From contig MCFH01000038.1 in assembly GCA_002104945.1 (NCBI GenBank), positions 434,001-498,000 of the forward strand: a stretch of 64,000 nt of DNA, read 5' to 3'. Shown here piece by piece: positions 44,312 to 57,557 of the stretch. Position numbers and translations under genes: made by a program. The notes beneath the pieces were generated by a model. That model was not told where the DNA came from. It did not search any database and saw only the letters and a program-made list of their open reading frames with translations. The first letter of the stretch is position 1. Each line of letters begins with the position of its first letter. This stretch comes from Piromyces finnis finn. Lineage: Eukaryota > Fungi > Neocallimastigomycota.

Positions 44312-46243
44312 ATGAGTTGGTATGTACAATGTGACAAAATAACACTATAAAATAAATAATTGAAAAGGTCATTGCTTTTATTTATAATTATTAATATAAT
44401 TACTATTAAAATTATTATATGACTTTGGTATACATTAAATAAATAGGAATGGATTTAAGAAGAAGATTAACCGTGTTGGTACTATGGTAAAATATCAAAA
44501 CTAGATATTTTTCCTTTCATTTATATAAATGTTTTAGTAAAGACTAATTTATAATTAATATATATGTCCATGAAATCTTATAGTTAAAACAAACCACTGG
44601 TATGATAGGAAAAACAGTAAATATTTTCAATTAAAATCTATATATAAATTAATATGCTAGAAATAAATTTAAATATGTAATGCTATGAAAAAAAGTCAAC
44701 ATTATATTTAATAAATATTATTTATATATATATATATAAATTACTTCCTTAAATATAACAGGAAGATAAAGAATTCAATAGTAAGGAAAGACGTTTCAAA
44801 AGGTAATTGTCAAAAGATATATAACAAAGTTTATTCAATATAAATATAAATTATATATATATATAAAAAAAGAAAGAAATATTAAAAAATGTTAATGACA
44901 CCTTAATAATGAATATTTTTTTTTCTACTAAATTTAAATTTTGAATTAAATTAAAAAATCATAAACAATATAGTTATGAAAAGAAAATTACAACTTTATG
45001 TAATGAAGCTAAGGAATATTTAAATTATGTTAGAGGTAAATAATATTAAATGGAATAATATTTTTTAATACTTTATAGAATATTTCATAGTATTTTTTTA
45101 AAAAAAAAAAAAAATAAAAAAAAATAAAAATTCATAGGTTTTATTCTGTTTTTATAATATTAATACTATATATATAAGTAATAACTTTTTCATATTTATT
45201 TTTATTAATTATTATCATTTTTAATTTTGAAAATATTTAGCCTTGACTTTAAATGAATATAAGATAGCTGAAGAAATTGATGGTTTATATAACGAAAATT
45301 TTGATATGGCTCTCTGTGCTATGAATTTTAAAACTGCTGCTGGAAAAATTAACGATGGAACTCGTTTAGAATTTGTAAATTATCATTAAATTGGAAAATA
45401 ATTAAATATCTCAAAAAATAAAATTTATCATTAAAAAATAGATAATAAAAATAATTCATAAGCAAAATGAAAGATAAATAATTTTGGGAGGAATCAATAT
45501 TATAAAAAAAAAAAAAGGATATAAAAAAAATTGGAATAGCTTTATAAAACAAAAAATATTATATTTTTTTTTAGCAACTAAATAACTAATGATAATTATT
45601 TATTATATTATTTATATATTTATCAATTTATAATTTTATATAAAATTTTAAATTGATATAAAAAAGGATAATAATTATATAACAACCGTATTAAATCCAG
45701 TAAATCAACTTGGTGTCAACTTCCCAACTGTTAATCAATTAATTAGTAAACGTGAAAATAAACTATTAGATTATGATGAATGTAAGAGTAAAGTTGATAA
45801 ATTGGTTGATAAACCTTCCAATGACCCAACAAACTTAACTAGAGTAAATATTCAAAGATTAAAAGATTAATCGTTATTAATGTTGTAATAGTTTTATTTT
45901 ATCATTATTATGTAACCTATGTTTTTATTTTTAAATATTCGTTACATAGGCTGAAGATAAATTAAATTATGCCAAGGAAGCCTATGATGTTATTAATGAT
46001 GCTTTATTAGAATATTTACCAAAACCACTTAATACTCGTATTGATTACTTAGAACCAAGTTTTGACGCTCTTATCCTTTCTCAACTTTCATTTTCAGAAA
46101 AATCTTTCAATACTCTTAATGAATTACAAAATAAATTTGCTATTGCTGGTGCCAATTTAGAAAATTTAGAAGATCTTACACAAAGATCAGATTATGCACT
46201 TCAAGAATTAAAGAAATTAGGTATCTGTAACTTTCATCAATAG
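44312..46243 (+). CDS. RVS161: N-BAR domain amphiphysin, Rvs161/Hob3 type, 8 exons
   Basis: Spliced product MSWNGFKKKINRVG..EDKEFNSKERRFK..TTVLNPVNQL..KRENKLLDYD..KVDKLVDKPSNDP..RIDYLEPSFDALI..LGICNFHQ* parallels yeast Rvs161 (MSWEGFKKAINRAG..RVPYFDPSFEALI). It is absent from the ORF track because the exons are short. Confidence 0.9.
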
Positions 46244-46696
46244 ATGTAATTAAGATTTGGTGTAATAAAAAATCATCCCTCTTTATCGACCTATTCTTTT
46301 TAAACTCCCATTAACAATATGACCCATAAACATAAATACTTTTTGATATTTTCATTATTAACACATATATATTATATAATAAAAAAGAAAAATAATAAAA
46401 AAAAAATTAAAAATATATATATATATATATTTAAAATATTTAAATAAATAAAACAAATGTGTACTCAAAATTTTTTATTTATTATGAATTGTTATGATGT
46501 ATATTAGATATTAGTATATAGTATATATTCTCTATATTTTTCTTTTTTTTCTTAATCTACCTAAATAATTGATGAATTTTTAAAATTTTATCTTTATATT
46601 GTGGCTTGAAAATATGGCACATTATTAAATATTAAAATAAAAATAATTTTTTAATTTTTAGTTAAACTTTTTAGCATACAATATCTATAGAAAAAA

Positions 46697-47033
46697 ATGA
46701 TTAAATCAAAAAAGATAAAAAAGAAAAATTTAAGAAAAAGAAGTTCTTCCGTATTGGAAGAAGAAGAAGAAAATATAGAGGAAACTAGGTTTGTATTTTC
46801 ATATAAAACAATAATATAAAATTATGAAAGTAAAAGATACTAAATAAAATAATAAATTGAATATTAAAATGGTGAATTAATATAAAGTTTTTTCTATTTT
46901 TTTTAAAAAATGTTATTCTATTCATATATGTAATATTAATTTTATTATTTATCATTGAAAATAATAATTAAATCCTTTTTTTTTTTTTAATAATGTTTTA
47001 ATAATTACGTAAAAATATGAATTGAAATTTCAA

Positions 47034-47076
<43 letters not shown>

Positions 47077-48708
47077 GTAACTTAATTCAGGAAGCTATGG
47101 AAATTAGAAAATTTAGAAAAAGACCAGAAGGTATGGAAACAAAAGAGCTTTCAATTGGTGAGGAAAATAAAAAACAAGTAGGGGAAGAAGTGGAAGCAAC
47201 AGAACCAATATCAAAGTATAATAATAAAAAACATTTTATATATCTATATATCTAAATAATCAATTTAATTATTCATCATTTAATTAAATTAATTTTTTAA
47301 TTTTAATTAAATAACAATAATGAGTATAAAAAATAAAAATTATTTTATTATTATTAAATATTTTAATTAGGATATTAAATTAACTTATTTCTTTTCTTTT
47401 CTTTTTTTTTTTTTTACTACATGTATTAATTTTAACATTTTACCCTCATAGAGCTTTTTCAGATAATTCTGCTATTACAAGTTCATTTAAAACTCAAACT
47501 AATTATATGGATACAGAAAAGTTAATGTAAATATACTCAAAAGAATAAATAAATAAAATAAAATAACTGGATATTTAATAGTTAAATAAATAACAAAAAA
47601 AAAAAAAAAAAAAAAAAATACATTGAAATTTCATTTTAAATTTCACATTTCAAATCTAAATCTCAAATTCGAATTTCTTATTTAATTATCATATTTTAAA
47701 ATATATATATATATAATAATAAATATATTTATGTGTATATAGGAATAAATATATTGAAGATGAAATTAGAAAGAAAAGAGGTGAAAATATAGAAAATGAA
47801 GAAGAAGAAGAAATACAACAAAGTACTGCTACTGATGAATTTAATAGTAAATATGAAATTCCAGAAAACTTAAAAGTTCGAGAAAAATATATTAAAGAAG
47901 ATAATGTTACTACTTCTTTATCTATGTTAACATCAATCCAAGAAGTAGACTTGGGTATTGAGTACGTTGAACAAATCACTGTTCTTTATATAATTATTAA
48001 ATAAAAAAAAAACGAGTAATTAATTTTATTTTTAATTTAAAATATTTGATATTCTAATAAAAAAGGAATAAGTTAAAGAATATTGAAGCAACAGAAAAAG
48101 CAAGGGAAAAGTTAGAAAAGGATAAAAAGAAGAAAAAGGATATGGTGGTAAGCTTTTAAAATATAAAAATAATATAATCAATATTTGAATGAATAATAAA
48201 ATAAATATATATAGTAGAAAATATTGGGTAAAAACTAATTAAAACTATATTATATTCTCATAAAAAAAAAAATGAATAGAATAATCTTATTGGTGTTACA
48301 GTAGCAGCTGAAAGATGTAATTATTTACAATACATATTATATTTTAATGATATAGCAATTAGTAATTAATTAATTTATTAATTAAATTATTATTATTATT
48401 TCATTATAGTTTACAATGCTAAATCAAACGATAAAAGATTTGACCGTATGTTTTCTGAAAAGGATAAAGAACAAAAAAATAAAGAAACAGACGATAAATC
48501 TCAAAGAGAAGTTAGTAAAAATCCATTAATTGCAAAAATTAATAAAATGAATTCACATAATTCCGGTTCTTCTAATAATAAATCTGGTAATGGTAATAAC
48601 AATTATCGTTCAAACCATAATGGAAATGGTGGTCGAAACTATGATAGAAGAAATATGGCAACAGATGATATTACATATGAAAGATTTAAGAAACGTTTTA
48701 GAATGTGA
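46697..48708 (+). CDS. tls1: C9orf78/Tls1 (HCA59 domain) splicing-associated factor, 7 exons
   Basis: LIQEAMEIRKFRKRPEG, SSFKTQTNYMDTEKLMNKYIEDEIRKKRG, IQEVDLGIENKLKNIEATEKAR and C-terminal ATDDITYERFKKRFRM*. Confidence 0.85.
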
Positions 48709-48880
48709 CCTTAATTTCTAAATTCTACAGAATATATTAAGATAATTGATAAAACCAAATGCATACGCCAATATAAATATAATTTCTATTTTATTTATTA
48801 AATAAAAACATTTTCTGTTTTCATTGTAATTTAATTCTTTCTTTTTTTTTTTTAATTTAATTTCAATTATATCCTACTTA

Positions 48881-48928
<48 letters not shown>

Positions 48929-49430
48929 ATTATATCAACTAAATCTTGATAAAATAATTAATAAATATATATATATAATTAGTGATAATCAATTGATTTA
49001 ATAATATTATTTATTATTCAAGTTTTTCAATAATTAATAATACCATTATTTATTTTAAAATTACTTTTTTTTTTTAAGCATATAAAAGAAATTTTCATTA
49101 TTATCATCATTTTTATTTTATAAAAATTTTTATTTTTTTTATTATTAATATATTTAATAAAAATAAATAATTAAATAATGATTAAATTAATAAGATAAAT
49201 GTAGTGAAAAGAAATATATAATTATTTATGATTCTATAAATCTAAATATTCTCTAAATATAATAATTTAGTTTATGCCTTTTTCTATGTTATATTTTTTA
49301 AACAAAGATTATAATCTTTAGTTTCTTGATTTTTCTATTTTTTATTTTTTTATTAATGTAATTGATCCTGAACGTTATTATAATCTATTATTTATCCTTT
49401 TTTTTTTTTTTACTCTACTTTCAAATGTAA

Positions 49431-51283
49431 CTATTCATCTCTTTTACGTGGCATAAGCTTATGTTCTTTACTAGCATTCTTCTTTCTTCTCTTTTCCAAT
49501 ATTTTATCAATAGATTTGGATTTGGTATTCTTGTATTTGTCAATTAATTCCATTCTCTTGAGATCAGCTATTTTATTTATAAATAAAAAAAAAAAAAAAG
49601 AATTAATAACAATGTAACTTTTTATTTCTCAAGAAAATTTATTTAAAAAAAAAAAAAATAAAAAAAAAACAATCCACAAAAAAATCAAACAATTACCCTT
49701 CTTTAAGTAGAATGGTTTCTTTCCTTCCTTAACTCTTTGAATTTCCTTCTTACGCCATTCACGTTTAATAGATTGTCTTCTTTCTCTTTCCTTTTCAGTT
49801 TGTTTTTTAGATTTCTAAAAGATAAATAATAATAAATTTATTACATTTATCATAACAATTAATAAAGAAATACATAATATATATACTATATAATATATAA
49901 TAATAAACAATTTATAAATGTATATTACCAAGGATTGATAAACTCTCATTAATTTTTCCTTTTCTATTGAATTTTTGGTCTTTTTTATTTTATCTTGAAT
50001 CATATTCATTTCATTTTCTTCCATTTCAGCAAGGAATTTGTAGGATTTTTTAAATAAATCTTCATTATACTTTCCAGAAAGGTTATCAAATCTTGGATCT
50101 CTTGCTTTCTATTAATAAATATATAATAAGGATAGCAAAATCCATCGATTATAATAATAAATATTGATAAAATTACAAAAAAATAAATAATATTATTATT
50201 AATATAATAAAATATATAAAAATAAAAGTAGTGTAAAATCTTATAATTCTTTCAAACAAATTTATTATTATTATAATTGTTATTAATATTTATTTATTTT
50301 TCACTATACTTTACCTTCTTTTTAATTTCAACAACTTCTCTATATCTACTAACTGGTTTTTTCGATGAAATTTCCATAGGTCTAAAAGAAAAAAAAAGAG
50401 AATTATTATTAATAAAATTCCAAATCTTGAAAAAATAATACATAGTACACATAGTACATGTTGAAATAAAAAATTTATTCAATACATTTCTAATTATCAA
50501 TTTTATAAAATGTAAATTACTATGACTATTGTTGTTACTACTATTATCACCTACCACTATTATTATCATTATTATTATAAATTCTAAAATTCACAACTTA
50601 CCTATTTTTATTTTCTCTCTTCTTAATGACTTGAGGTCCTCTTTTTTGACGGAGAAGTTTCAATGATTCTTTTGCTTTACTTATTGTTTCATCCTTAATA
50701 ATATTAGATTTATTGGATGTTTTAGAAAATGTTTTATTAAATTCTTTCATTCCCATTTTTTGTTGTATCTTTGCTATTTGGCTAAATGGAATTTTTGATA
50801 ATTCTAATAATTGGTAAATTTTATAAAGAAATTGCGTTATAAATAAATTTTAAAATGAAATCTTCGGATTAATAAACATATATAATGTATTCCTAAATAA
50901 GTACCTTTTTCTAATTGTTCCTAATATATTTTAATATTGAAAAAATTATTTTTTCAAAATAAAAAAGATGATATTTTTGAAATTAATTTATAATTTTAAA
51001 TTTAAAGAAATCTGATTTTAAATTAAAATTAAGTTTTATATAAATATATATTTATTTATTTAATTTATAATAAATGACAAAATATATATACAATTTGTTG
51101 GTCTCTGTTATCATTTTCTTCATCATCAGAATCACCTTCAATAATTTCTTTTTCAGAATCATAGTCTTCTTCTCCTTCATCATCCTCAGTTTCAACTATT
51201 TCTTCTTCGGAGTCATCATATTCTTCTTGAGAATCAAATTCTTCTTCAAATTCTTCTTCCTCTTCTTGATATTGTTTTTTCAT
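49431..51283 (-). CDS. RRP36: rRNA biogenesis protein Rrp36, multi-exon
   Basis: Acidic N-terminus, then RPMEISSKKPVSRYR, RDPRFDNLSGKYNEDLFKKSYKFL, EWRKKEIQRVKEGKKPFYLK and ILEKRRKKNASKEHKLMPRKRDE*. Confidence 0.92.
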
Positions 51284-51937
51284 TTTTCAATATATATATC
51301 TTATACTAAAAAAAAAAAAAATTAGAAAAAAAAAAAAAGATAAAATGAAATACTAATTATATATCTTTATTGAACGATTTTTTTTAATTTTATGTTTTTC
51401 TTATGATTAAATCACGTGAATTGTTATTTATATATTTTGATTTGGAATTTACATATCTATAAATAAATATATTAATAAATTTAATAAAAAAACTATGAAA
51501 TTTCACTAATAAAAGTAAATGAATAAATAGATTAAAATTAAATAAAATAGATTTTATTATTAAAATGAATAATTAATTATTTTTTTTTAAAAATTTATTT
51601 TAAAAAAAAAAGAATAAAAAAAAATAAAATAAAAAAAAAGAAAAAGAAAAAGGTAGTTTACATCAAGTAAAATGAAAAAAAATATTACCATTAAATACAA
51701 TATTATAACTATATTATTAACTTCATTAATAAAATCTTTTTTATCATTATTCTCTATATTTAATAAATATGATATAAAATTACTTTATTTTAAATTCAAA
51801 TGTTTACTTGGAAAATTGTATTTCTTCATCAATTTAAATAATAAAATATTCAATCCAAACTAATACATATAAATTATAAATGTACATATATTTTATACCA
51901 CTATTCATAGTTTAAAAAAAAATTAAAATAATTAACT

Positions 51938-53192
51938 ATGAGTCAGCTTATTAATTTCGTTAAAGATTTTATTATTTCTCTTATCGGTGATAAGTGTTAC
52001 GTTGAATTAGTTGAAAACTTAAATGTTACCAACTTTGAATGTTTAAAATATTCATTTTCTAAAGTTCTTGGTTTAGGTATGGTTTGTGGTGGAGCCATTC
52101 TTAAAGTTCCACAAATCATTAAGATTTTAATGTCAAAATCTACAAAGGGTATTTCTGTTACTTCTTACTTTTTAGAAATCTTAGCTCTTTTAATTAGTAT
52201 TTCTTACAATGTTCGTTTCGGCTATCCATTCACTACTTGGGGAGAATATCCATTCATGGGTAAATATATAATAATAAAGGTTTTTAATTAAAATTATATA
52301 TATATATTTGAATAGTGTATATAGAAAAAGCGAAAAGAATATACATTATTTAAATTATATATAATTATGATATTAAAAAAATAATATTAATAAATTTATT
52401 TATATTATTTATTTATATATTTGGAAATATTCCTTCTCAATACAATTATTATATATAGCTATTCAATGTTTCATTGTTCTTTTCTTAATATACTTTTACA
52501 AGAAAACTAGAAAGAATTTAGCTTACCTTTTAGCTCCTTTACTTATTTTACTTGTTATTTTTAACCAAAGTAAGTAAACAATACTAATATATATTTCATT
52601 TTTTAAATAGTTTTGAAATATGGTTATATTCAGAAAAAAAAATATAAAAATTATATAGTAAAAATAAATAAATATTATAATGGGATTTCCTCAAATGCAT
52701 ATATTAGTGTATTTTATAAGAGACATTAAAAAATAATAATTTATATATATATGTAAAATGATTTTTACTTTTTTTTTTAAAAAAAAAAAAAAACATTTAT
52801 AAATTAGTTATTAATTTATTACTTTTATCTTTTTATTGTTATAATAAATAGCTTTCATTCCAAACAAACTTCTTCAAATTCTTCAAACTTGTACTGTTGG
52901 TATTACAATCGCTGGTCGTTTACCACAAATTTTTGCTAACTACAAGAATCGCAGTACTGGTGAATTATCTGCTCTTACTGTCTTCTTCCAATGTGCTGGT
53001 TCATTAGCTAGAGTTTTCACTACTCTTCAAGAAGTTGACGATTACGTTGTTATGGCTGGTAATCTTATTGCCTCTTCATTAAATACTGTATTATTCATTC
53101 AAGTTCTCTACTATTGGAGATCTGCAAGTTATCTTCCACTCGATTCAAAAAAGATTGGTAAGGGTAAGCCAAAGAATAAGAAGAGAATATAA
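51938..53192 (+). CDS. MPDU1: Mannose-P-dolichol utilization defect 1 (PQ-loop) protein, 3 exons
   Basis: CLKYSFSKVLGLGMVCGGAILKVPQIIKI..GIS..YPFTTWGE, a second PQ loop GRLPQIFANYKNRSTGELSALT and GSLARVFTTLQEVDD. Stop TAA at 53190-53192. Confidence 0.92.
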
Positions 53193-54780
53193 AGCCAGGT
53201 CGAAAAAATTGATATAAAAATTAGTTAAAAACATAATAATTATAAAAGTAAAAAAAAAAAAAAATATACATAACATCATATTTTTCTTGTTTATTTTTTT
53301 TTTTTTTTTTTTACAAAAGATTATCATCATTTATATCATTTATGTTGATTTAATCATTTATATGGTATTCTTTTTTTATTTTCATAATTATACAATTAAT
53401 TAATTTCTATATTTTATTTTTTCAAGGAGTAAAAAGTAAAAATATTTTTTATGATAATATATATCATTACATAATATATATATAGACACAATATATTTAT
53501 AAAATGTTTATATAACGACCTAATTATCATGAAAATAAGTATTTAAAATTCATATGAAAACATTTCATAACAATGACACACTTACTCAATAAAGATAATA
53601 AGAATAATTCTTTAAGTAATTATAAGATAAGAAAAATTACCAAAAAAAAAAAAAAAAAAAAAAAAAATAGAATAAAATAAAAATAAAAATAAAAAGTAAT
53701 ATATATATATATATAAAAGAAAATGAAAACTTTTACGCTAAAAAGTTAATTAATTAATAAATAAGACATAAATATCGATTAAAAAAAAAAAATAAATAAA
53801 TAAATAAATTATATTTTTATCTTGTAGATAAAAACAAAACAATTAATAAAAATAAAAACATACATAATATTTTTTTATATATCCTATATTTTTTTATGTG
53901 TTTCCATTAAAATTGAAAAATAGTTTTTATTATATAGACCGCTAAACACATTGTTTTACAAATAGCAAAATAATCATTATCAAAACATTTATGTATTTAT
54001 GTGTTTCAAAGATAACATTCCTGTTATTGTAATTAAGAAAATTGATTCAGAATTAACACCTTTATAAATTGTTTCATTTCAGCGGCATGCACCTGAATAA
54101 GTATTTTATAAGAATTAATATACTATTACTAGATTAATAGGACGGATAACATCTATTGCATCATAAATAACGAAAATCATTATTTAGTTTTCATGTTTTT
54201 TGCGAGCTCTTCCTTATTCATTAATCTATAAGCCAAATATTATCTTTAACCTTATATTTATAAACCATCATTTTCCAAAAAATCAGAAAAAGTTGATTTA
54301 GGAAATTCACTATAGTTAATAATATTATCATTATATATTGAAAATTTATAAATATTAATGACAACAACAGTCCCATTTTTAATATTTTAAGTTTTAATGT
54401 TACCTAAACATTTATATTCAATAATATTAAAAATTATTTAATTTTCTTCAGATATGTTCCCAAAAAAGAAATTAGTAATATTACTAATATTACTGTTGTT
54501 TTATTCAAATTAGTAAAACAATTTATTATATTATATTATATTATTATTAATATATTATATTATTTTCTATTATTTAAATTTATTTTATGAATAATACATT
54601 GATATTAATTACTTTGAATTACATTAATTAAATCCATCTACATTCATATCCACATTCATGTAAAAAAATATCACTAGATGATAATATTGTTCATATTATA
54701 CATATTATACAAAAAATAAAATTTTGCTTTGGCACATTAATAAAAATGTAAATATTATTTTTTTTTATAAATAAATATAC

Positions 54781-54997
54781 TGTTAGAATATGTGAAACGT
54801 TATGTCACATGTATTCAAATGTATTGAAATGTATTAAAACGTATTTGTATATATTGTATTTGATTATATGTTTAAGCCACAATGTAAATGTATAAATACA
54901 TGTAGTTTGAGAAGAATGTAACGCAAATAGTTCTTTATCATAAAATATATTAATAAAGTTGACATAATTATAAACCTAAATTAAACAACTCTTAATA
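54781..54997 (+). repeat. 5' LTR
   Basis: TGTTAGAATA...CTCTTAATA; identical to 59176-59392 except A54927 versus G59322. Confidence 0.96.
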
Positions 54998-55011
54998 GAT
55001 TAAGAGTCTCA
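54998..55011 (+). promoter_or_regulatory. Primer-binding site complementary to the anticodon arm of tRNA-Lys(CUU)
   Basis: GATTAAGAGTCTCA is the reverse complement of TGAGACTCTTAATC. GACTCTTAATC is the anticodon stem-loop of eukaryotic tRNA-Lys(CUU). There is no gap to the LTR and no TGG. Confidence 0.78.
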
Positions 55012-55920
55012 AGACTCTCAAGAGAGAATCTCATTAATTCTCAAATGATTCTCTGAAAGATGAATCAAACCGCCGGATATGACATTTTGTCATAGAAGAA
55101 AACTGTAGGAAATTCTAACTATCAGAACTAAATTATTTAATCTGAAATTTTCTATGTTTGATAAAATTATCTTGAGATCTAAAATTTGAGATTTCAAAAT
55201 TTTAAGATTGAAATATTATTTTCGCCATAAATAAAAGATTCGAAGTAACTTAATATAGAAAATAAGGAAATAATCAATCTGATAAATAAAACATAGAAAG
55301 TGGTATATTTTCTAATATGATATAAGTTAATCTACAATGATAGAATTCAAACATTAAATTTCCGAAAAACTAGTAAATTATTAAAATTTAAATTATTTTG
55401 AATTCAATAAACTCAGAAAATATACAAATCAAATTAAATATAAATAAATAGCTTAAACCCCCAAGGAACAATACCTATATCACTATATTGATTTGATAAC
55501 TTTGTAGCTTAAAACAAATCGTCAATAGTAAACTACAAAAAGCTTTCAGTAAATTTAATATTCCTTGAATATAGACATAATATCAATAGTAACAAAACTT
55601 CTATTCTCAAGAAGATATGATATAGAAGTATTAATATTAAGAATATAATATGTGAAATTTGAATAAATAAGTTCCTTAAGCTTAGATTATTTATCAGGAT
55701 AATTTTAAAATTTATGTAACAAAAAGAATATTTCCTAGCATTCCATATTAATTCTATAATAAAGCAAAATTTTATAAAGATCTCTACATCCATTATCTAA
55801 AGAAAGGATATGAGAACACAATTATGAAAATTAGTATTTATCAATTATGATATATATTGAAAATTGTAATATGTAATATCTCCGATAAGGATCTTAACAC
55901 TGATGAAATTAGAAATCCTA

Positions 55921-56708
55921 TATGGTTTATATTTCCTTAAGAAGCGTGGTTACAGAAAGATTTTAATTCCACTCCTTATGAAGAGTGATGTTATGACCAA
56001 GACAGCTCAATTATCTGATATTGATGAAGAATTATACATGGTTTCTAAAGTTAATGATAATCCAGAACCAAAATGTTAGTGAACAACCAATGAGTACTTT
56101 CTATAGAGGTGAATGGTTCAGTGAACCAGAAAAGTAATTATTAGCCAGAGATGCTAGTTATTCAATTTGTTTCAAAAAGAAAGCTGGTGCTCACTGCAAA
56201 AAATACTTAGGGTCTTTTCCAGCATTAACTAATTCGAAAAGATTGAGCAATCCATTTTTTGTCAATCAGAAAAGAGCTGGGAAGAATTAGAACAATTAAT
56301 TAGTACTACTGAAGATTTCTACCAATCTCTTAAACTTCCATATCACGTTATTGCCATTGTTTCTGATGTCATAAACAATGCTGCTACTAAGAAACACGAT
56401 CTTTAAGCTTATTTTCCATTCCAACCTGAATACAAGGAATTAGATAGTTGTCGTAACTATACTGATTACCAATCTAGAAACTTAGGTAACATGTTTGGTG
56501 TTAAGAAGATGAACTCCCATGTTAAGAACTACGTTTACTTATTAAACGGTACTCTTTGTGCTAACGGACGTACTTTTTTGCTGTACTCTCGAAAACTATC
56601 AAACCGAAAATGTTTTAATTGTTCCAGAACTATTAAGACCATATATAGATGTTGTTAAATTTATTTGTCAAAGAACTCACTTCTGACAAGAAAATAGTTA
56701 AAATATAA
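55921..56708 (+). pseudogene. SES1: Processed (intronless) pseudogene fragment of cytosolic seryl-tRNA synthetase, catalytic C-terminal half
   Basis: YGLYFLKKRGY..MTKTAQLSDIDEELY, SEQPMSTFYRGEWF, FEKIEQ..EKSWEE..FYQSLKLPY..NNAATKKHDL*AYFP..YKELDSC..TDYQSRNL, LNGTLCA..CCTLENYQTE..VPELLRPY. It has several frameshifts and in-frame stops. Homology may begin at about 55875. Confidence 0.95.
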
Positions 56709-57432
56709 TTTAGGAAGATATAAAGTTTATTATATAGCATGAAGATTATTCAACTTGATATTGATCTACTCATTATGTCAATTTGCATACAATAACATTA
56801 AATATCCATATATCCAGTTATTAAAATATCCATTCACAAATATTCATGAACACATAATTACATATATTTACCAATATTTCATCTTATTTTCAAAAGAACT
56901 AGTTTTATTAACATTCATAAAATAGCATTATTGTTATTGAAAGCATACATATTTATTTCAAGTAAATAAATTGTTTGTGAAATATTCAAATACTTTAACT
57001 ACTACTATTTTAATGAGAAAATATTCTTTCCGCCATAGAGGAAAGATAGAACATAAAGAAAATACATAAAATTTATACAATTAGAAATATGAATTAGAAT
57101 AATTAAACATTATTTGATAAGTTTGTATAAAATACCCTATTGTAATGAAATTATGCAATGAACATTGAAACTATCCTTGTGAAAATGTCAATCAATTTCT
57201 TTATGATAATTTCACTCAAATCAGTATTATATAATTTAATCCAGTATACTATTCTTTGAATTAAATCATTATAACAATACTTTAAGATAATATTTAGCCT
57301 CAAAAGCATTATTTAAATTATTGCTACCTATAAAGCAAATATATTACTGGTCAAATGCTCATCCCGTAGGCTGTTATTGCTAATATACATAGCAAATATT
57401 TCAAATGAGGTAATTTATTAAAGTTAGAAATG

Positions 57433-57557
57433 CTTAGCGTGAAATGAGCATATTCTACATATATATATACTTTGAATAACCTAGCGTGAAATGGGTATAT
57501 TCAATAATATTTTAACAACTTATCATGATTTAACTTAGCGTGAAATGAGTTATATTC
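57433..57557 (+). repeat. Three copies of a 23-24 bp motif separated by unrelated 24 and 31 bp spacers
   Basis: C(T/C)TAGCGTGAAATG(A/G)G(C/T)(T)ATATTC at 57433, 57480 and 57534. Confidence 0.85.

Noticed and set aside
47022-47077. Poly-Asn N-terminus of ORF 47022-47255
   Set aside because: The (AAT)n tract is intronic; the exon starts after the TAG acceptor just before NLIQEAM.
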